The translations under genes and the position numbers were made by a program. Shown one piece after another: positions 50,581 to 64,000 of a DNA stretch of 64,000 nucleotides. Source of the stretch: Camelus dromedarius. Its lineage: Eukaryota. The stretch lies in NCBI RefSeq assembly GCF_036321535.1, contig NC_087437.1, positions 84,322,001-84,386,000 on the forward strand. The letters are read 5' to 3'. The notes under the pieces were generated by a model. It was not told where the DNA came from. It was given only the letters and a program-made list of their open reading frames with translations, and searched no databases. Every line of letters begins with the position of its first letter. The stretch's first letter is position 1.

Positions 50581-53500
50581 GCAAAACCAGAGGTAATATA
50601 ATTTCTTTTTTTTAAAGATGCTAGTCTAATGAAATTTCAAGTTGATCAGAACCTTAAAGATACAGTATCTCACATTATGTTGTCCAATTTATATATATAT
50701 GATATATACAGCATAATTTTTATTTAAAAAAATGCTGTACAGTATAAACAATTTAATCCTTCCATACAAGTTTAGTTTGATTAGATGACTAACAAAGTAC
50801 AGTGGACAAAGTTAACCCATTTTGATTATTTAACTATACCTATTGATTTCCACCATATTTATACTCCCAAGAAATGTTGACTCAAGACCACAATGAAGAA
50901 ATTTCTATTACTTTTGGGGTTTGGTTGACTGATATACAGTGTGAAATAAAATCTATTCTCTCACCATTTGGGACAAATGGAGTATGTAGTCAGAAGTACT
51001 TGTATGCGTGAAGACAGAAGAAAGAGATGATTGATACATGGTGCCTGTGATAGGGAAAGAGGATTGGTAGAAAGAAATACAAGAAATCTATGATGTCTTT
51101 AGTACTTCGTTTATTTCTACTAGCAATGATTGGTGAAGAAAAGAAATAATTTCTACTCTAATATTTTCTTAATATTTCATTTTGTAACATAAAAGTAATA
51201 TAAGTTCCTTATAGGAAAATTTGAAAATATAAAAAATAATAGAAGATGTAATTTAGCCATTCTGTCTTATGCCATTAGATATATATTTTCCCCCTTAGGA
51301 AAATCCAAATAAAACTGTTTTATTCATGTCACTTCTAGTTTGAAGAAGAGATCCTTAAAGAAGAGTGTATAATTTTTATGTAAGAAAAAGTTTTTAGATA
51401 TAGTCTTAACCCAAACCCAGAGCAAAAAACATTTAGACGTTCAATGCATATCAATGACATTTTGTATTTCTATTTTAAATACTAATCATGATAACTAATT
51501 GCACAATGACATTTCAATTTGTAAATGTATAATAAAATTACATCCTAGTTTGTTTTTATAATTATGGTCAACAAGAAGGCATGTGATTACAATCTCCTAC
51601 ACCTTTACAACTACAGTTTATCCCTGAAAATGAATTTTACCTAAGTGAAAGTTCCTTTAGCAATATTCTTTGGAAATCATTCAGTTTTCCTTATTTAACA
51701 AAAATGTTAATATTTTCAGTAAAGTTCACTCAAACTTTTCAAAAACATTTCAATTACTCTCTTTCTATAAGAATATTCAGTTTTATAGTTTGTGAACAAT
51801 ATTTATGGCAGTTCAACTAATTTTAGGCTATGAATTTAAATAAGCAGATTTTTTCTGCTCAGGTATGTTCACCTGTATTTACATACAACTTAGTGTATTT
51901 AAACTCAATTCATTCAAATTAATAAATTCAATAAAACTAAAGAGTCAGACTACTGTTTCCCTTGTTTACTTCATCTGTCACTGAACTGCCTAGGCTGGTG
52001 GGAGAGAGGGGAATCAATTCACACAATCTTCGTAGAAAATGAACTCACTAGAATCTTGCATCCAAACCATATTTTGATCTAATAAATTATTTGAGTATCT
52101 GATTGATTATTTTTGGAGTCACACCCTAAGAGATGCATCAACTCTTTTTAGGAGAAAGCAGAGTAATCTGAATTAATGGATTCTTGGGGGCTACTAACCA
52201 CTGTAATCAATACACATGGTTACACATGGTTACTTAAATATGAAACAAGATTGTATTTTATACTCACCTAAGTATCCTACTAGTACAGAAATCTGCTATT
52301 TTTAATAAAAATTACCAACACCAAATACTGTGGTTTTAAATAGAGGGAAAATTAATGGAATAAGAGAAATCTGAGTACAAATCATGCTTTCACTTACTTA
52401 ATCAGATGAAATGATCTAGGAAGCAACTCTACATTCTGATCGATTCAAGGAGGTTTGGGTAATAGGAAGAGTCACATTGATTTATTTTGTCTTTATAGTG
52501 TAGAGCTTCACAGCTAGATAAACATCAAGACAAGAGATGCTTCCTAGACTCATGTTACTCTTAGCACCATGTTAAGCACCATGTTAAAATTTAGGTAGTT
52601 CATTTTTCTATCATTATCACCATTTTACCCTGCCTACCTATAGAAAACTAGGAAGGGGGAAAAGGATGATTCCTTCATTCAATCACGAAAGATTTTATAT
52701 AATCTGGTAAAAATAAATAACATTAAAAAGTTTACATTGTGAATATCCTTAATTAGAAGGGAAGTTACATAAAACTGAAATTTTGCCCTCCGTAACAAAT
52801 TTTTAAAATAAAATACAAATTCCATTAGCTCTTAGGATGAAGTTACTAGGAAAATGAATACTATCTCCTTAAAATTAATATTAATCCAATTACTTATATT
52901 TATTATGTGTATAAGAAATCTGATTTATAGTTAATATTTCTTTATTGTATATGTACCACAATAATTCTCTAATGCTTTATGTTTTCAATGTTTAAAGATT
53001 GGTAAGATACATTGACGCATGTCACCTATTTATGAAACTATAAATAAGAAAAAATCCCCTGAATGTTCAAAAGAATAACATTTTGAAGTTCCACATTTTA
53101 TTAACTATTATCGGGATGACTTCAGTAGTCAAAAATTATCCCAAGGTATTATAAATCATAATTTCTAATCACTGATTTTAGGCTACAAAAACCATTTTAT
53201 AAGTAATCATTTGTGTCTGATGAAAAAATATGAACATATTTTCTCCACAGTCTTCCGTTGAAGAACTCCTTTAAATTTTACCCAACTTAGACTTTAGGTA
53301 CTACATTAGCCAAGTGTAAAGGATAGCTTGTGTTTTTAATACAAATTTGAGTTTTAGTAGACTAAGTCTAATGATCCTATACAACTATAAAATAAACTGA
53401 GTAATACACATTCACTAACAGTAAGTTATGCTAATTTATAAAAACACATATAAATTACATATAATTGGTAAATATTTTAGGTAAAATGTCTTTAAAAAGT

Positions 53501-55346
53501 ATGGGCAAGCCATTAAAATAGACAAACAAATAAAAATTACTGTAAGAGGTTAACAAATAACTCCTCTATGCCCTTAAATTTAACTTGCGTATCTGAAAGG
53601 TCATATTTTAACACTTGACACATTTAGGTAGAATGGCACTTTAGTCATGTGAAGATTCTGAATTGAGTTTTACTCATGTTAGTATCCTCAGGGCCTAGGA
53701 TGGTTACTGGTGTATGGTGGTAGGCACTTATTGAAAAAATAAATATTGACTTAGGGAAATGATTGCATGGAAATAACTGTTAAGATGTTTCTAGTAAACC
53801 TGACTCTCAAAGCACACATCTCTTTAGTAGCACTAAATACAAACATATAGTACAATATAAATGTCCGACTTTACAATTATTAAAAATTGTTTCTCCTTAC
53901 AATAAAAAGGCCAAGTACATAATTACATGTTATTTTTAACAATCCTATTTTCAGCAGTAGATTAAATAACTACCCCTTTGATACTTAATGTCAATAGTCC
54001 TTGAAAATAAATAAGGGAAGTGTGTGAAGGTATACACCACCATAGGGGAGTATGGCACTATAGGTGGCACTTATAATACATCTTCAAAGGCATGATGGTT
54101 CTGTATCACTTCCAAATTTACATATGCATTTGTGATTGCAATCTAGCAGGTCAAAAAAAATTAGGAAAACATGTCAAAAGTACCAGTTGTATAAATGAAA
54201 ACAACTTAATATTGATTCTGAATAATTCTATTTCCGATAAAATAAAGTGGTCATATATGTTCATAATAAAAAAGAAAGCTGTGTTGTTTTACTTGCCTTC
54301 TCACCCTCACAAAGAATGTGCACAATTTCACATCATTTGACCTCCATTTTTATATTTGTAAACTATTCTGAGGTCTTATATGTTGAATGGTAACTATAAT
54401 TGAAATTTTATATGTGAAATGTTTGTAAAAATGTGACAAAACAGGTGACATACTGGTGGTCATCACAGTGCCAATGAGTGCATCCAGCCAGGTACATGCT
54501 GGAAAACTTTTACGGTCGTTCACTGGTTAGTCTAAGAGGATTTAGATTATGCAGATGATTTTTTTTTATAGATTCTCAGATATTCATAGCAGAAATCCAA
54601 TGAGATATGTCTCATAAATACGGTTGACTAGAAAGAAAGAAAATGTTTAAAAATTCTCAGTGCTTTCCATTTGCTAAGCGTGACTTTCACTGTTCACACG
54701 CCATTCATCTTCACTTTACCACTTCACAGAAACAAAGTCTTCACCCCCAAAATTTGTCACTGACTCGACTTTATGAATAGGATATCCACAACTTACAAAT
54801 TCACACCTAATGCTTATCCCCCCACCCTCTCCGGGCATCTGGTCTACGATAATTTCCAAGACGTCTACACTCGGTTCGAATGGGGTAAATCGGTTGCAGC
54901 TAGGCGAAGGCGGCTTAGTTTACGGACGGCTACAAGGGAACGATCCGCTTTCCTGAAAGCATGTGGGAGAACCTACACGTTACCGTTCTGTGAGCGACCG
55001 CAAAGAGCCAGAAGTCTCCATTAAGCCTGTGCCACCGAGCCTGACCTCCTGTGGAGACCGCACAGCCGGGAGCGGTCCCGCCGCCAACAGTGGGGGGACC
55101 CAACTGCTGCTGATGCTCACCAACCCGTTTAAAGACATTTGTTAGCAGAAGGGACCACAGCTCGTGCGACAGCGGGTCCCGGGCGATGGGGGACACGGCG
55201 CTCTGGTGAGGGAACATTCTCGACCCCCTCGTGTGGGGAGGCTGGAGAAGCCGACTCCGACACGAAGTTACCTCAGGAGACTACCAAGGCACCGGTCCTC
55301 AGAGCACCCGCCTCCTCCCGCCTTCCCCCGCTCCTCTGCCCCCGTC

Positions 55347-55352
55347 CCTTAC
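55347..55352 (-). other. EPHA6: 5' splice donor of EPHA6 intron 1 (GTAAGG)
   Basis: The + strand reads CCTTAC|CTTG, so the minus strand is CAAG|GTAAGG. EPHA6 similarity stops exactly here. Confidence 0.92.
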
Positions 55353-55734
55353 CTTGGTTGTTGGAGACGTGACTGCAGTCGCCCGGCCAAGCTGTCAGCA
55401 GAGGCAAGAAGAAACCAAACTGCAAAAGAAATTCCCGGACTTCGCAGCCCCCCATGGCTCTCCTCGGCTCTCTTCTCCTCCCCCTTAAAGAGAAGTGGCA
55501 GCAGCGCAGCCAGGTGTTCTGCGTAGGGTAGGGGTCCCAGTCCACGTCTTCTTCCTCCTCCTCTTCCTCCTCCACCCGGCCCACAGGGGGTGACCCGGGG
55601 CGCCCCCCGCGCGAGGCCCCGGGGGCAGGGCACGAAGGTCCAGGCTGCCAAGGTGCAGGCGCAGCTGCTTCGGAGGAGGACGCTGCCTGCGGCGCCAGGG
55701 ACCTCCTGACGGCTGTAGGCGAGCGGAATTGCAT
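55353..55734 (-). CDS. EPHA6: Ephrin type-A receptor 6, coding exon 1 (N-terminal extension + signal peptide)
   Basis: Translation MQFRSPTAVRRSLAPQAASSSEAAAP...GRVEEEEEEEEDVD...REPRRAMGGCEVREFLLQFGFFLPLLTAWPGDCSHVSNNQ matches the recalled mammalian EPHA6 N-terminus. ATG at 55734, second in-frame ATG at 55455. The exon ends CAA G|GTAAGG (phase-1 donor), giving 382 coding nt. Confidence 0.95.
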
Positions 55735-58700
55735 CCACCACCGCGTCCCGCTCGCGCGAGGACTATTCACTTGGGCCCGGGAGAGCGCGCGCGCAGGAGC
55801 GAGCTCGGGCTGTGGTTTGGGGGAGGGGAGCGAGGGGCGGGGGCGGCCGCTCGCGGCGGGTAGGGGGGAGGGACGACCAGGTGCGGCTGGCAGCTCCCGC
55901 GGCCCGAGCGCCTCTCTGGACTGAAGTGGGCACTTGCAGAGCCAGGAGCAGGAGAGGCGCAGCAGCTATGAAGAGAGGCGAGGGGCGAGGGCCGCGGGAA
56001 CTTTCCTCCCGCCGGTGCGGCGAAAGCCCAGCAAGTGAGGCGGCTACGGGAAGCCGCGAGCGGCCCGGGAGAGATGTGGAGCTGCGCCTTCAGCCGCTCT
56101 CCTAGGTGGCGACGGCAGCGGCCCGCAGAGCGAACACCTCCAACTCGGCCGCGTCTGCGCTGCGCCTCGGCAGCCGCTTTCCCGGCATCTCTGAGGCCGC
56201 ACTGAGTACCCCAAGCACTTTGCTCCCCATTTCGCGGCAGCAGCGTCCTGCGTTTCAGGGCTAGTCAGCACCCAACACGGCTATCCCCCGACTTCACATT
56301 TCCGCCGCCGGAGGGGGCGAGTGCTGTGGGCAAGCGCTCCGGGTCCTGGGTGAGCTTGGCCGTGGCAGACCAGCCTGACCGCTCCTCAGCGCGGGTCGCC
56401 TAAACTTGCCCAGTAGGGCGAGAGCCTCAGCTTTGCGGCCGCCTCCGCTGCTTCGAGTCCTAAGAAAGCGAAGGAAGGGAGCAAGCAGCAAAGGAGAGTC
56501 ACATCAGGCCCGACAAGGGCGGGTGCCTGGCACCACGGCTCACTGAGGTCTTCTCGTCGCCGTGCGGCCGCGACTTCGCAGTGGAGGTCACGAGCATTGT
56601 CGCAGATGTGGGCGCTGGGATTCCCGGGGTCCGGAGCGCCCGCGGTGTGGTGGCATCGGACCGCGCGCTCAGAGCAGCCCAAGGGCTGAGCGGCGCTTGG
56701 CCACATCCACAGCGGCGCCGAGTGCCTGCGAGCGGACCGCTCTCTCCGCGCAAGCCGCCCCCTCGCGGCACCCACTCCCTCCCAGCGCTCGGGTCGGTTG
56801 GGAAGCCGCGGCGCCGGCTGCTTGGTGGGATCACGCGGCCCTCGCCCGGGAGCGGGGCGGAGGGGCAACACGCGGGCTAACAGGGAGGGGCCCGGCGCCC
56901 GTGGCCCTGAGGCTCTCGCCCCGCGGTCGAGGAGGGCATTGTGGGCAGGGACGGAGCCGGAGGGCAGCTAAGCTCCGCCAGCCAGACGCTCAGCCCGCCT
57001 GGCAGCCGCGGCTCGGATGCTACCAGTCCGGCGCTAGAGGGGGTTAGTCGACAACAAAAATGCCTCCACTGCTTGCAAGTGAAGCGGCTTATCATGCAAG
57101 GAACTACAAGGAAGGAGGAATGCTCTCAGGCCAAACTTAATGCGTTTGTGAAGGGCGCGCCGAGGAGCCCAAATCGCTGGTGTGGGGGTTCTGTAATACT
57201 CTATTCACTGTTAATCATCGCCATCATCATCATTATTATTTTCTTTCTTGAAGGGACTTGGGGTATCACAGTCGAGTGATTTCCAAAAGCCCAACTCAAA
57301 ACTCATCAGAATGTTTTGAAGAAATATTTATGGCAATGGAGGAAAGTGAGCTGAGAAGAGAGAGCTGTGGAATTACGTAGGATGGACGATATTTTCCTTT
57401 CAGAGGGCGGGGGGGGGGAGGCACAGTGGCAGAATTTGGGAGAGTTAGTGGATGAAGGAGCAAAGGGTCAGCGGTCGACGCTTACAGAATTCTGGAAGAG
57501 AAAGCACCCTTCTACTCAACGCGTTTCCGCGCGGCTGTGTTTGTGTCACATACAGTTGAAGTGGTTTCAGTTAATTGTTGTACAGTCAATTGGAGGCAAA
57601 GAGAAGGAGGGCAAAAGATGCGCCACGTCTAATTCCGCTGCAAGGACAGAAATGTGAATTGCAAGTGATTCTGAGACTGTGAGGAAGGTTTCCCATTGGT
57701 GACTATACTTTCATTCTCATTATGAATTCAAACTCTGCCTCTCTTTAAAGGTGTCCAACGCCAATTTAAATATATGCAAATAAATCACTTATGAAGAGAA
57801 CCAAATATAGATTTTTATATATTGGTACTTAAAGGAGTAAAGTCTGATTTTGCTGCTGATTTTATCACTCTTCCTGATACTGACACTCAATATCATTTGT
57901 AATATGATTTAACAAACTCAGTTTACAATTTACAAGCTGTAAAATTAGAAAAGCTACATTATAATATGAATCATTATTTCGAAATAAATAATGTCCTTGA
58001 AAGTGGTGATTCAGTATCCTTATGTTTTGATTCAAGATAATCTTTTTATTCACTGTCAAACAGTATATTTTCATGACCTTTTTATAATTAAATTTGAATT
58101 TCTTATGTTTAAATGTTTAAATTCACTTACAGTGAATAGTTTAATAGATTTCATTAACAGCTCACTAAGGGGAAAATTCTGTCCAAAGAAGACACTCCTT
58201 ATAAATGCCTAAAATATACTATATTCTGATAAACTGAAGGAATCTATAATACGATCTGTTAACTTAGAAATGTAAGCTATGTTAATCTATTTCTAAGCTT
58301 CTAGTTTTTAAATTAACTAGACTTGCAAGGAGTTTTGTTTCTTTTTTTAATGGAACACCACTAAAAAGAAATTATTTCCAAAAAGTAATGTAGAATAAAA
58401 ATATTTTAGTATCAAAGTTTTAACCTAAATTCTAATATTGTCCTTCACTATTACATCTTAGAGACTATATTGTAAATAGAACAGCAATAAGATTCTTTCA
58501 AAAATTAGGTTAGAAGGGAATGGCTCTAATAGAAGGAAGGAAGGAAGGAGGGAAAAACGTAAGAGTAAAAAAGAAAAGCTAAGATTCTTCTCAACAATTC
58601 TCACTTATTTCCAAATCGTGGCACAGTATCTGAAGCATACACTGTTATTTGCTTCAGAGTAACAATAACAGCTTGATTAAACTGGGTTTCTACCCTTACC

Positions 58701-61700
58701 CCTACCTACAAATTCACCTACAAAGTCACAAATTTTGTTTGTTTAAATAAGTCATAGTCAAGACATATTAATTACCTGGTCAAATAATTGAAAGTCATAT
58801 TCTGATTTTGGTTTTTAAGAAAACAAATAATTACAAGATTTTTCCAAATATTAAAATAAAACATGCTTATATGTTTAGGCACTGTTTATTGCATGTCTAG
58901 AAGACCTCTTAAGTAAAAATTCATCTTGAAGAAGATAAATTGAAATGTAATTATCACGACCTTTGCCTAGACTTATATTCCAAGGGTTTGACATAATCAA
59001 TTTCAAAATATGGTTTTAAAAAAAATTACCATAACCATTTGACCATTTGTGCTATCCAATAAATATATAAAAATAAATTTATATATACACATATATTCAT
59101 ACAAAATGCATATATGCATATTCATTCTAAAATACTTTTGAGCTCATGTTATATGCTCAGTTCTCTTCACTCAGAGAAGAGTTAATGCTGGTGTGAATAA
59201 AAATAATTTGTTTTTAAAAGGTAACTTTTTATTTAAAATATAGTCATGGTTAGCTTATGTGAACTAGAAACAATTGAACTTAACAGAAATGTTCTTCCGT
59301 TTTGATTTTCCAGCAGGGCTGATACATTTGCTGACATGTGACAGTTTCAAAATTATAAGCCACTCAATGAACCAGATGCAATATTCATGTAGATTTATCT
59401 GCACTTGTCTGTTTGAATCATACCTGTATTCAGAAAAGCATGCATGTCTCATTTTTCAGTACTGTATTGTTCAAAATTCTTTTGTTTTCTCTCAGACCAT
59501 TATTCTTTGTGATGTATGTGGTCTGGATTAAGGTAAGAATGATTACATTTTTATTAAATAAAGAATATATGACACTAAAAACTAGTCTAAGATTTCATTT
59601 ATAGTAGAAATGATGGAGTTCACAAATATTATTTGCTTTTTAAAATGATTAAAGGAGAGACTTAACCTGCAATTAATGCCTTTGAAGAAAAAAAAATTAT
59701 ATTTCAATGTATACTGAGCACGTTTCAAGGTGTGAGAAAGTATTTTATTTTGATAGCGTAAATTAATCCATTTATATCTGTAATTTGTGTTCTCTAAAGT
59801 TAAGGTAAAAGTGGCATAAATATAAAGAATATTGATCTTCAAGTATGTCAAAACATCAGGTCTTAAAATATTAGTGTAGTACTTTGAATAGGTACAATTA
59901 TCTAAGTCTTTTTTGTTAATATAAAATATAGACAGATGTTGCAGAGTTGTTGTCATTTCATCAACTTTAAAATATAAATATAAATATAAAATATTAATTG
60001 TATATTTTAGCATGCAGAAAGCTAAAGTGAAAAAAAATTCACAAAGTGAAATACATAGTTAATTTGAGGCCCTTTGCTTTAAGAAAAGATGTAATCAGGG
60101 GAAAACACACACATTATTTACTCCAGAAAATGTCTTTGATATTAGAAGGTAGGTAATATTTTTCTGGAAGAAGATATTCAAAACAATACTGGATACTTTA
60201 TTGTTAGCCTATCAAGTCTTAAAAAAACCTCACAGAAATAAAAATCAGCTTGAGGCTACATAAGCCATACTGTGGTTTGCTGCTGTGATATTGCATTTTG
60301 TTCTTGTGTTGTACAGGATTTTATAGTAAAAGAAAAAATATGTCATATACCATATATATGTCTTATACATATAATATGTATTGTGAGTATATGTATCTGT
60401 AATTCAATGAGAACATTCTCTCTAGTGCTTTTTAAATTCAGTAACCACCTACCAAGCCAGATTTTCATGTGCATTTGTGCTGAGCATTAAGGGCAAGGTA
60501 CAAGGATTATTTGGATTTAGTTCCTAACCATCAAAAGTTAATATTGTATTGAAGAGCACAGACATACAAATCATTCCAATCAAAACATACAAACCATTCT
60601 ATGTTATCCCATAATGGAGTTTCAAATTATTACAGTTACGTAAGAGGAGAGGACTCACACCCTCACCCTCTAAGGTCTGAATCTCTACAGTCACCACTTT
60701 TGCTTGAGGTAAACTTACTCTTGGTATGGATTGATTCATCCTGTGAAAGCTAGTGCATGAACTTTTACTAATACCAAATACAATACTAAAGGTTATGCAC
60801 AACAGCCAAATAATTCTACTAGATTCAAGTAACTTGCATTTTTTAAAATAAAATGTACTAAATAGTCTGTGTAGCATCAGGTATCCACAAAAAATAACAA
60901 ACTAAATTATGCAGAGACATTTTTAAATGATATATTTAAATTTATTTTAATTTTACTGGTAACGTATTATCATTTATCTTTCATGCCCCAAAATGCCCAG
61001 CTTTATCAAAGCAACTTTGTTTTCATTGAATTATAATAAATATCATTTAAGATCATGTTCTAAGTATCCAATGGGGAACAACTAATAATAGAAGTGAACT
61101 ATCTTTTAAAAAAATCCATTATAATAAATAAGATATCAGTGTCACAGGACTATTGCCACTAATGTCTATTCAAGTATTTAAATTAACTTATCAAAACAGA
61201 CTTCGTATTTTGTCTTGTATTAAATTTGCATTAAGATACTTTTTCCTCACTTCAGGAAAAGGCAAAGCTAGGTTTTGCAATAAAAATACATTGGTATGTC
61301 AAATATTTAAATGTTAATTTTATAAATAGTATTATCCATATTAATAGCCATTCTCATTTAAACATTTCACTTATTTTGATATAAATAATGCAAAACCTTC
61401 TTTTACTACAATCAAATTGGAGATAGATTAAGTGTCAGATAAAGAGAAATGATTCCTTAATGATCTCTTAAGATGGATTTTGTACGTAAAGTTCTTTTTA
61501 TAAACATGTGTCCTATAATATTTCAGTTTAGTTTGAAATCAGGTCCCATGTCTGCACCTTTGAAGTTCTGTTATTTTTTAAAATATATGTTAAACTTGAT
61601 TTAAAAAATAAAAGAACAAGCCTTGAGTGACATCACATTATATTTCCAAGTGAGCTTTAACAACAAAAACTTAATATGCCTAATATTTACCTTTTATGTT

Positions 61701-63689
61701 AGGGGTTCTAAATCATTTTAGTCATAGTGTGTTTATTTACCATGGCTGTTAAAATGTTTACACGGAATATAAAATTTTTCCAATATTACCTTATAATTAT
61801 TTGATGATTGTAATTTCTGTATAACTCACTTATACTAATCATTTGACAATCAGCATATGGTTCTTCATATTCCTGCCTGACTTTGAAACACATATCCACT
61901 TTTCCCAAGGACCTCGAGAAATCTAAAAAGCAGAGCATGTTTCCTTTACATCTCTACGAAAAAAATTGCTAAATAATTTGTGTTTAAATACTAACGATGT
62001 TTATCTTTTAGGTCAAATTTATTTTTATTAGCTTTTTTTCATAGAAGATAATTTAATAGTTACATTTTTCAACTGTAAAAATGTATATAGTTGCCATTTT
62101 TCCGTTTGTTACAGATTATTAAATACTTGTGTCATTAGAACTTTAAGTGTGATATATGAATAATTATTATTACATATTGTGCCTATTCTGAACTGTTATG
62201 AAAATGGTCTTTTGCTATTTGGGGAACTAAACTCCACTACAGAGTCCATGTGAGACTCCTCTATTATTTCAGTGTTAAATTCCATTTATGGTTCATGGTA
62301 TAGAAGTATGATGAGGTTCATAGCATTTGGAATTCAATTGTATTTGCTCTTTTCAGAAAAAAAATTTCTAAATAGGAAAAAAGCAAACATAAGCACTAGG
62401 TTGACTTAGATTAGCATTAATATACAGTCAGTGACTATTCTTTTGCTTGTTCTTGATTTATTTAGGATCATGGTTTGAAATATATAAGAAATGGGAAGTA
62501 TATTCATGCTTATTTTTGAGTGTTTTTATCCATTGGAAAAAAATAAGAAATGTTCTTGTTTATAGAGAATATGTACAATTTTAAATAAATATTAAGGTTA
62601 TATATTATCTAAAATAAATCTATATATTAATACTACCTAATAGAACTTATGGCAATACTAAAAATGTTGTGTATCCTTGCTGTTCAGTAAAATAGCCACT
62701 TGCCACATTCACATGTACCTTCTGAGTGTTTGTGACTGGTGTGACTAGGGTAGTGAATTTTTAGTTTTTGTTAATTTTAAAAATATAAAAGTAAGTAGCC
62801 ATGTGTGGGATTGGCGTGTGTGTGTGTATCCTAGTTTTATTTTCAGTACTTCCACTTCCACGTTGAAAATAGGGGGAAACAAGAAAGGGATTTGAAAACC
62901 ATGTAAACATCGAGTGGACACAGTACAACTTTCTACAAGAACAGCTCGATTTTACTATAGAAATTCTGTCACACAGTCATGTTTACCAACAAAAATGAAG
63001 CTCTTTCTGAACAATAACTTTGCTACTGCATGTGTTTACGCAGTCTTTAAAACTAGCCTGATATGTTGTGCCTTTTTCATATTACATTGATTTGGTCAGA
63101 AGACATTAAAAGTAGTCACTCTGATAAAAATGTTAATATTATTAAAATTATTTCAATTCTGAGTAGAATTGCTTTCATAATATGCCTGATCTTGGACGCT
63201 ACAATTTTAAAAATTGTTCAGGACCTGCCATCAACTCTGCTGTGCCCACTATGTCTATTACACTGCCCTGGGTTCCACAAAATTACAGTGACCTGAGAGA
63301 CTCATAACAGTAGTGGAGGTTCCAAAACTAATATCCTTACCCAGAGATTTGTCAAAGAAGCAGCAAGATTTTTTCATTTAGATGCTAGTATTTGTCTCTG
63401 TTTTTGTTGTTGTTATTGTTTGTTTTCTTTTTGACTTCAATTTACACATAAAAACATTGTCAGGCTCTCATTTTTATTTTAGCAGATTTTTTAAAATATG
63501 AGGGTTCACAGGAAAGCTGGCGAATCTGTTTACCATTGTTTTATTTATATTGTCCTAAAGTCTGTCACTTGATAATATCCTGTAACTTTAATTTGTCATA
63601 AGCACCAAACTAAAAAAAAAGAGAATCCGTTAAAAATGGCATCATCTTCTAATGAAATCTTGAAGTATGATAAAATAAAAAGCATTAAT

Positions 63690-63980
63690 TTTTATATTAC
63701 TTAGCCGACAGTTATGTAGTATTTACCATGTGCTAGACACTGTTCCAAGTACAAATATTAATTTCAGAAAATAATTTTAAATACTAATTATGAATGGGAA
63801 TTCAATTAATCTTCAAAAGAACACTCTGCAGTAGTTGCTATTATTATCCTCATTTTATAGATTAGAAAGTGGAAGCACAGAACTTGCCCGTAGTCACCCA
63901 TGCAGTAAGTGGTAAAGCAGAGATGTGAACCCACACGGTCTGGCTCCAAAAGCTGTGCCTTTCACTGCTGTGCTGCCTCT
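63690..63980 (-). mobile_element. MIR
   Basis: ATGTGCTAGACACTGTTCCAAG..TATTATTATCCTCATTTTATAGAT..GAAGCACAGA..GTGAACCCACACGGTCTGGCTCCAAAAGC. Confidence 0.8.
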
Positions 63981-64000
63981 CTTGTATCTCTGAATGTTGA

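Larger units (their letters stand above)
1..55352 (-). other. EPHA6: EPHA6 intron 1 (partial, runs off the left edge)
   Basis: Lies downstream of the exon-1 donor. I found no sequence encoding the expected exon-2 peptide (VVLLDTTTVLGELGWKTYPLNG) by eye. Confidence 0.75.
54830..57200. promoter_or_regulatory. EPHA6: CpG island / EPHA6 promoter and 5' UTR
   Basis: Abrupt shift to very GC- and CpG-rich sequence around exon 1. GC boxes GGGGCGGGG (55834-55842) and GGGGCGGAG (~56854). Confidence 0.92.

Noticed and set aside
52211..52587. Short tandem duplications (TACACATGGT x2, TAGCACCATGT/AAGCACCATGT; similar ones at ~107, ~16889, ~21256, ~24584)
   Set aside because: Two-copy 10-14 bp slippage duplications are ordinary. 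There is no array or spacer structure, so this is not CRISPR-like.
54773..57657. Many overlapping 60-165 aa ORFs on both strands in the CpG island
   Set aside because: Expected from stop-codon scarcity in GC-rich DNA. Only the EPHA6 frame resembles a known protein, and its read-through past 55353 is intronic.
58629..58658. Hairpin TCTGAAGCA..TGCTTCAGA (and CCAACTAG..CTAGTTGG at ~17252)
   Set aside because: 8-9 bp stems are expected by chance in 64 kb and are too short for a pre-miRNA.

Overview
Mammalian genomic DNA, AT-rich and repeat-laden, probably a camelid. That call rests on the 3' UTR style of the youngest L1 and on the absence of recognisable Alu, Bov-A/tA, PRE-1 or Can-SINE copies; it is an inference. 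The window holds the CpG-island promoter and first coding exon of EPHA6 on the minus strand (CDS 55734->55353, GT donor at 55352). Positions 1-55352 appear to be intron 1, since I did not find exon 2, and 57200-64000 is upstream flank. The rest is interspersed repeats (L1, L2, MIR, MaLR/ERV LTRs, MER5-type hAT elements) and microsatellites. The most unusual object is at 39185-40740: a short non-coding ERV RNA (R-U5-PBS-~670 bp internal-PPT-U3-R) that ends in a poly(A) tail and is flanked by a 10-bp TSD at a TTTT/AA site. It was therefore inserted by L1 machinery rather than integrase, in the sense orientation of EPHA6. Also notable are a young L1 with an in-frame microhomology deletion of the ORF2 zinc knuckle plus a tiny 3' transduction, and a twin-primed L1 with an inverted duplication. 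Repeat family names come from recalled consensus sequences, and old-repeat boundaries are approximate. Nearly all ORFs in the supplied track are spurious or repeat-derived.
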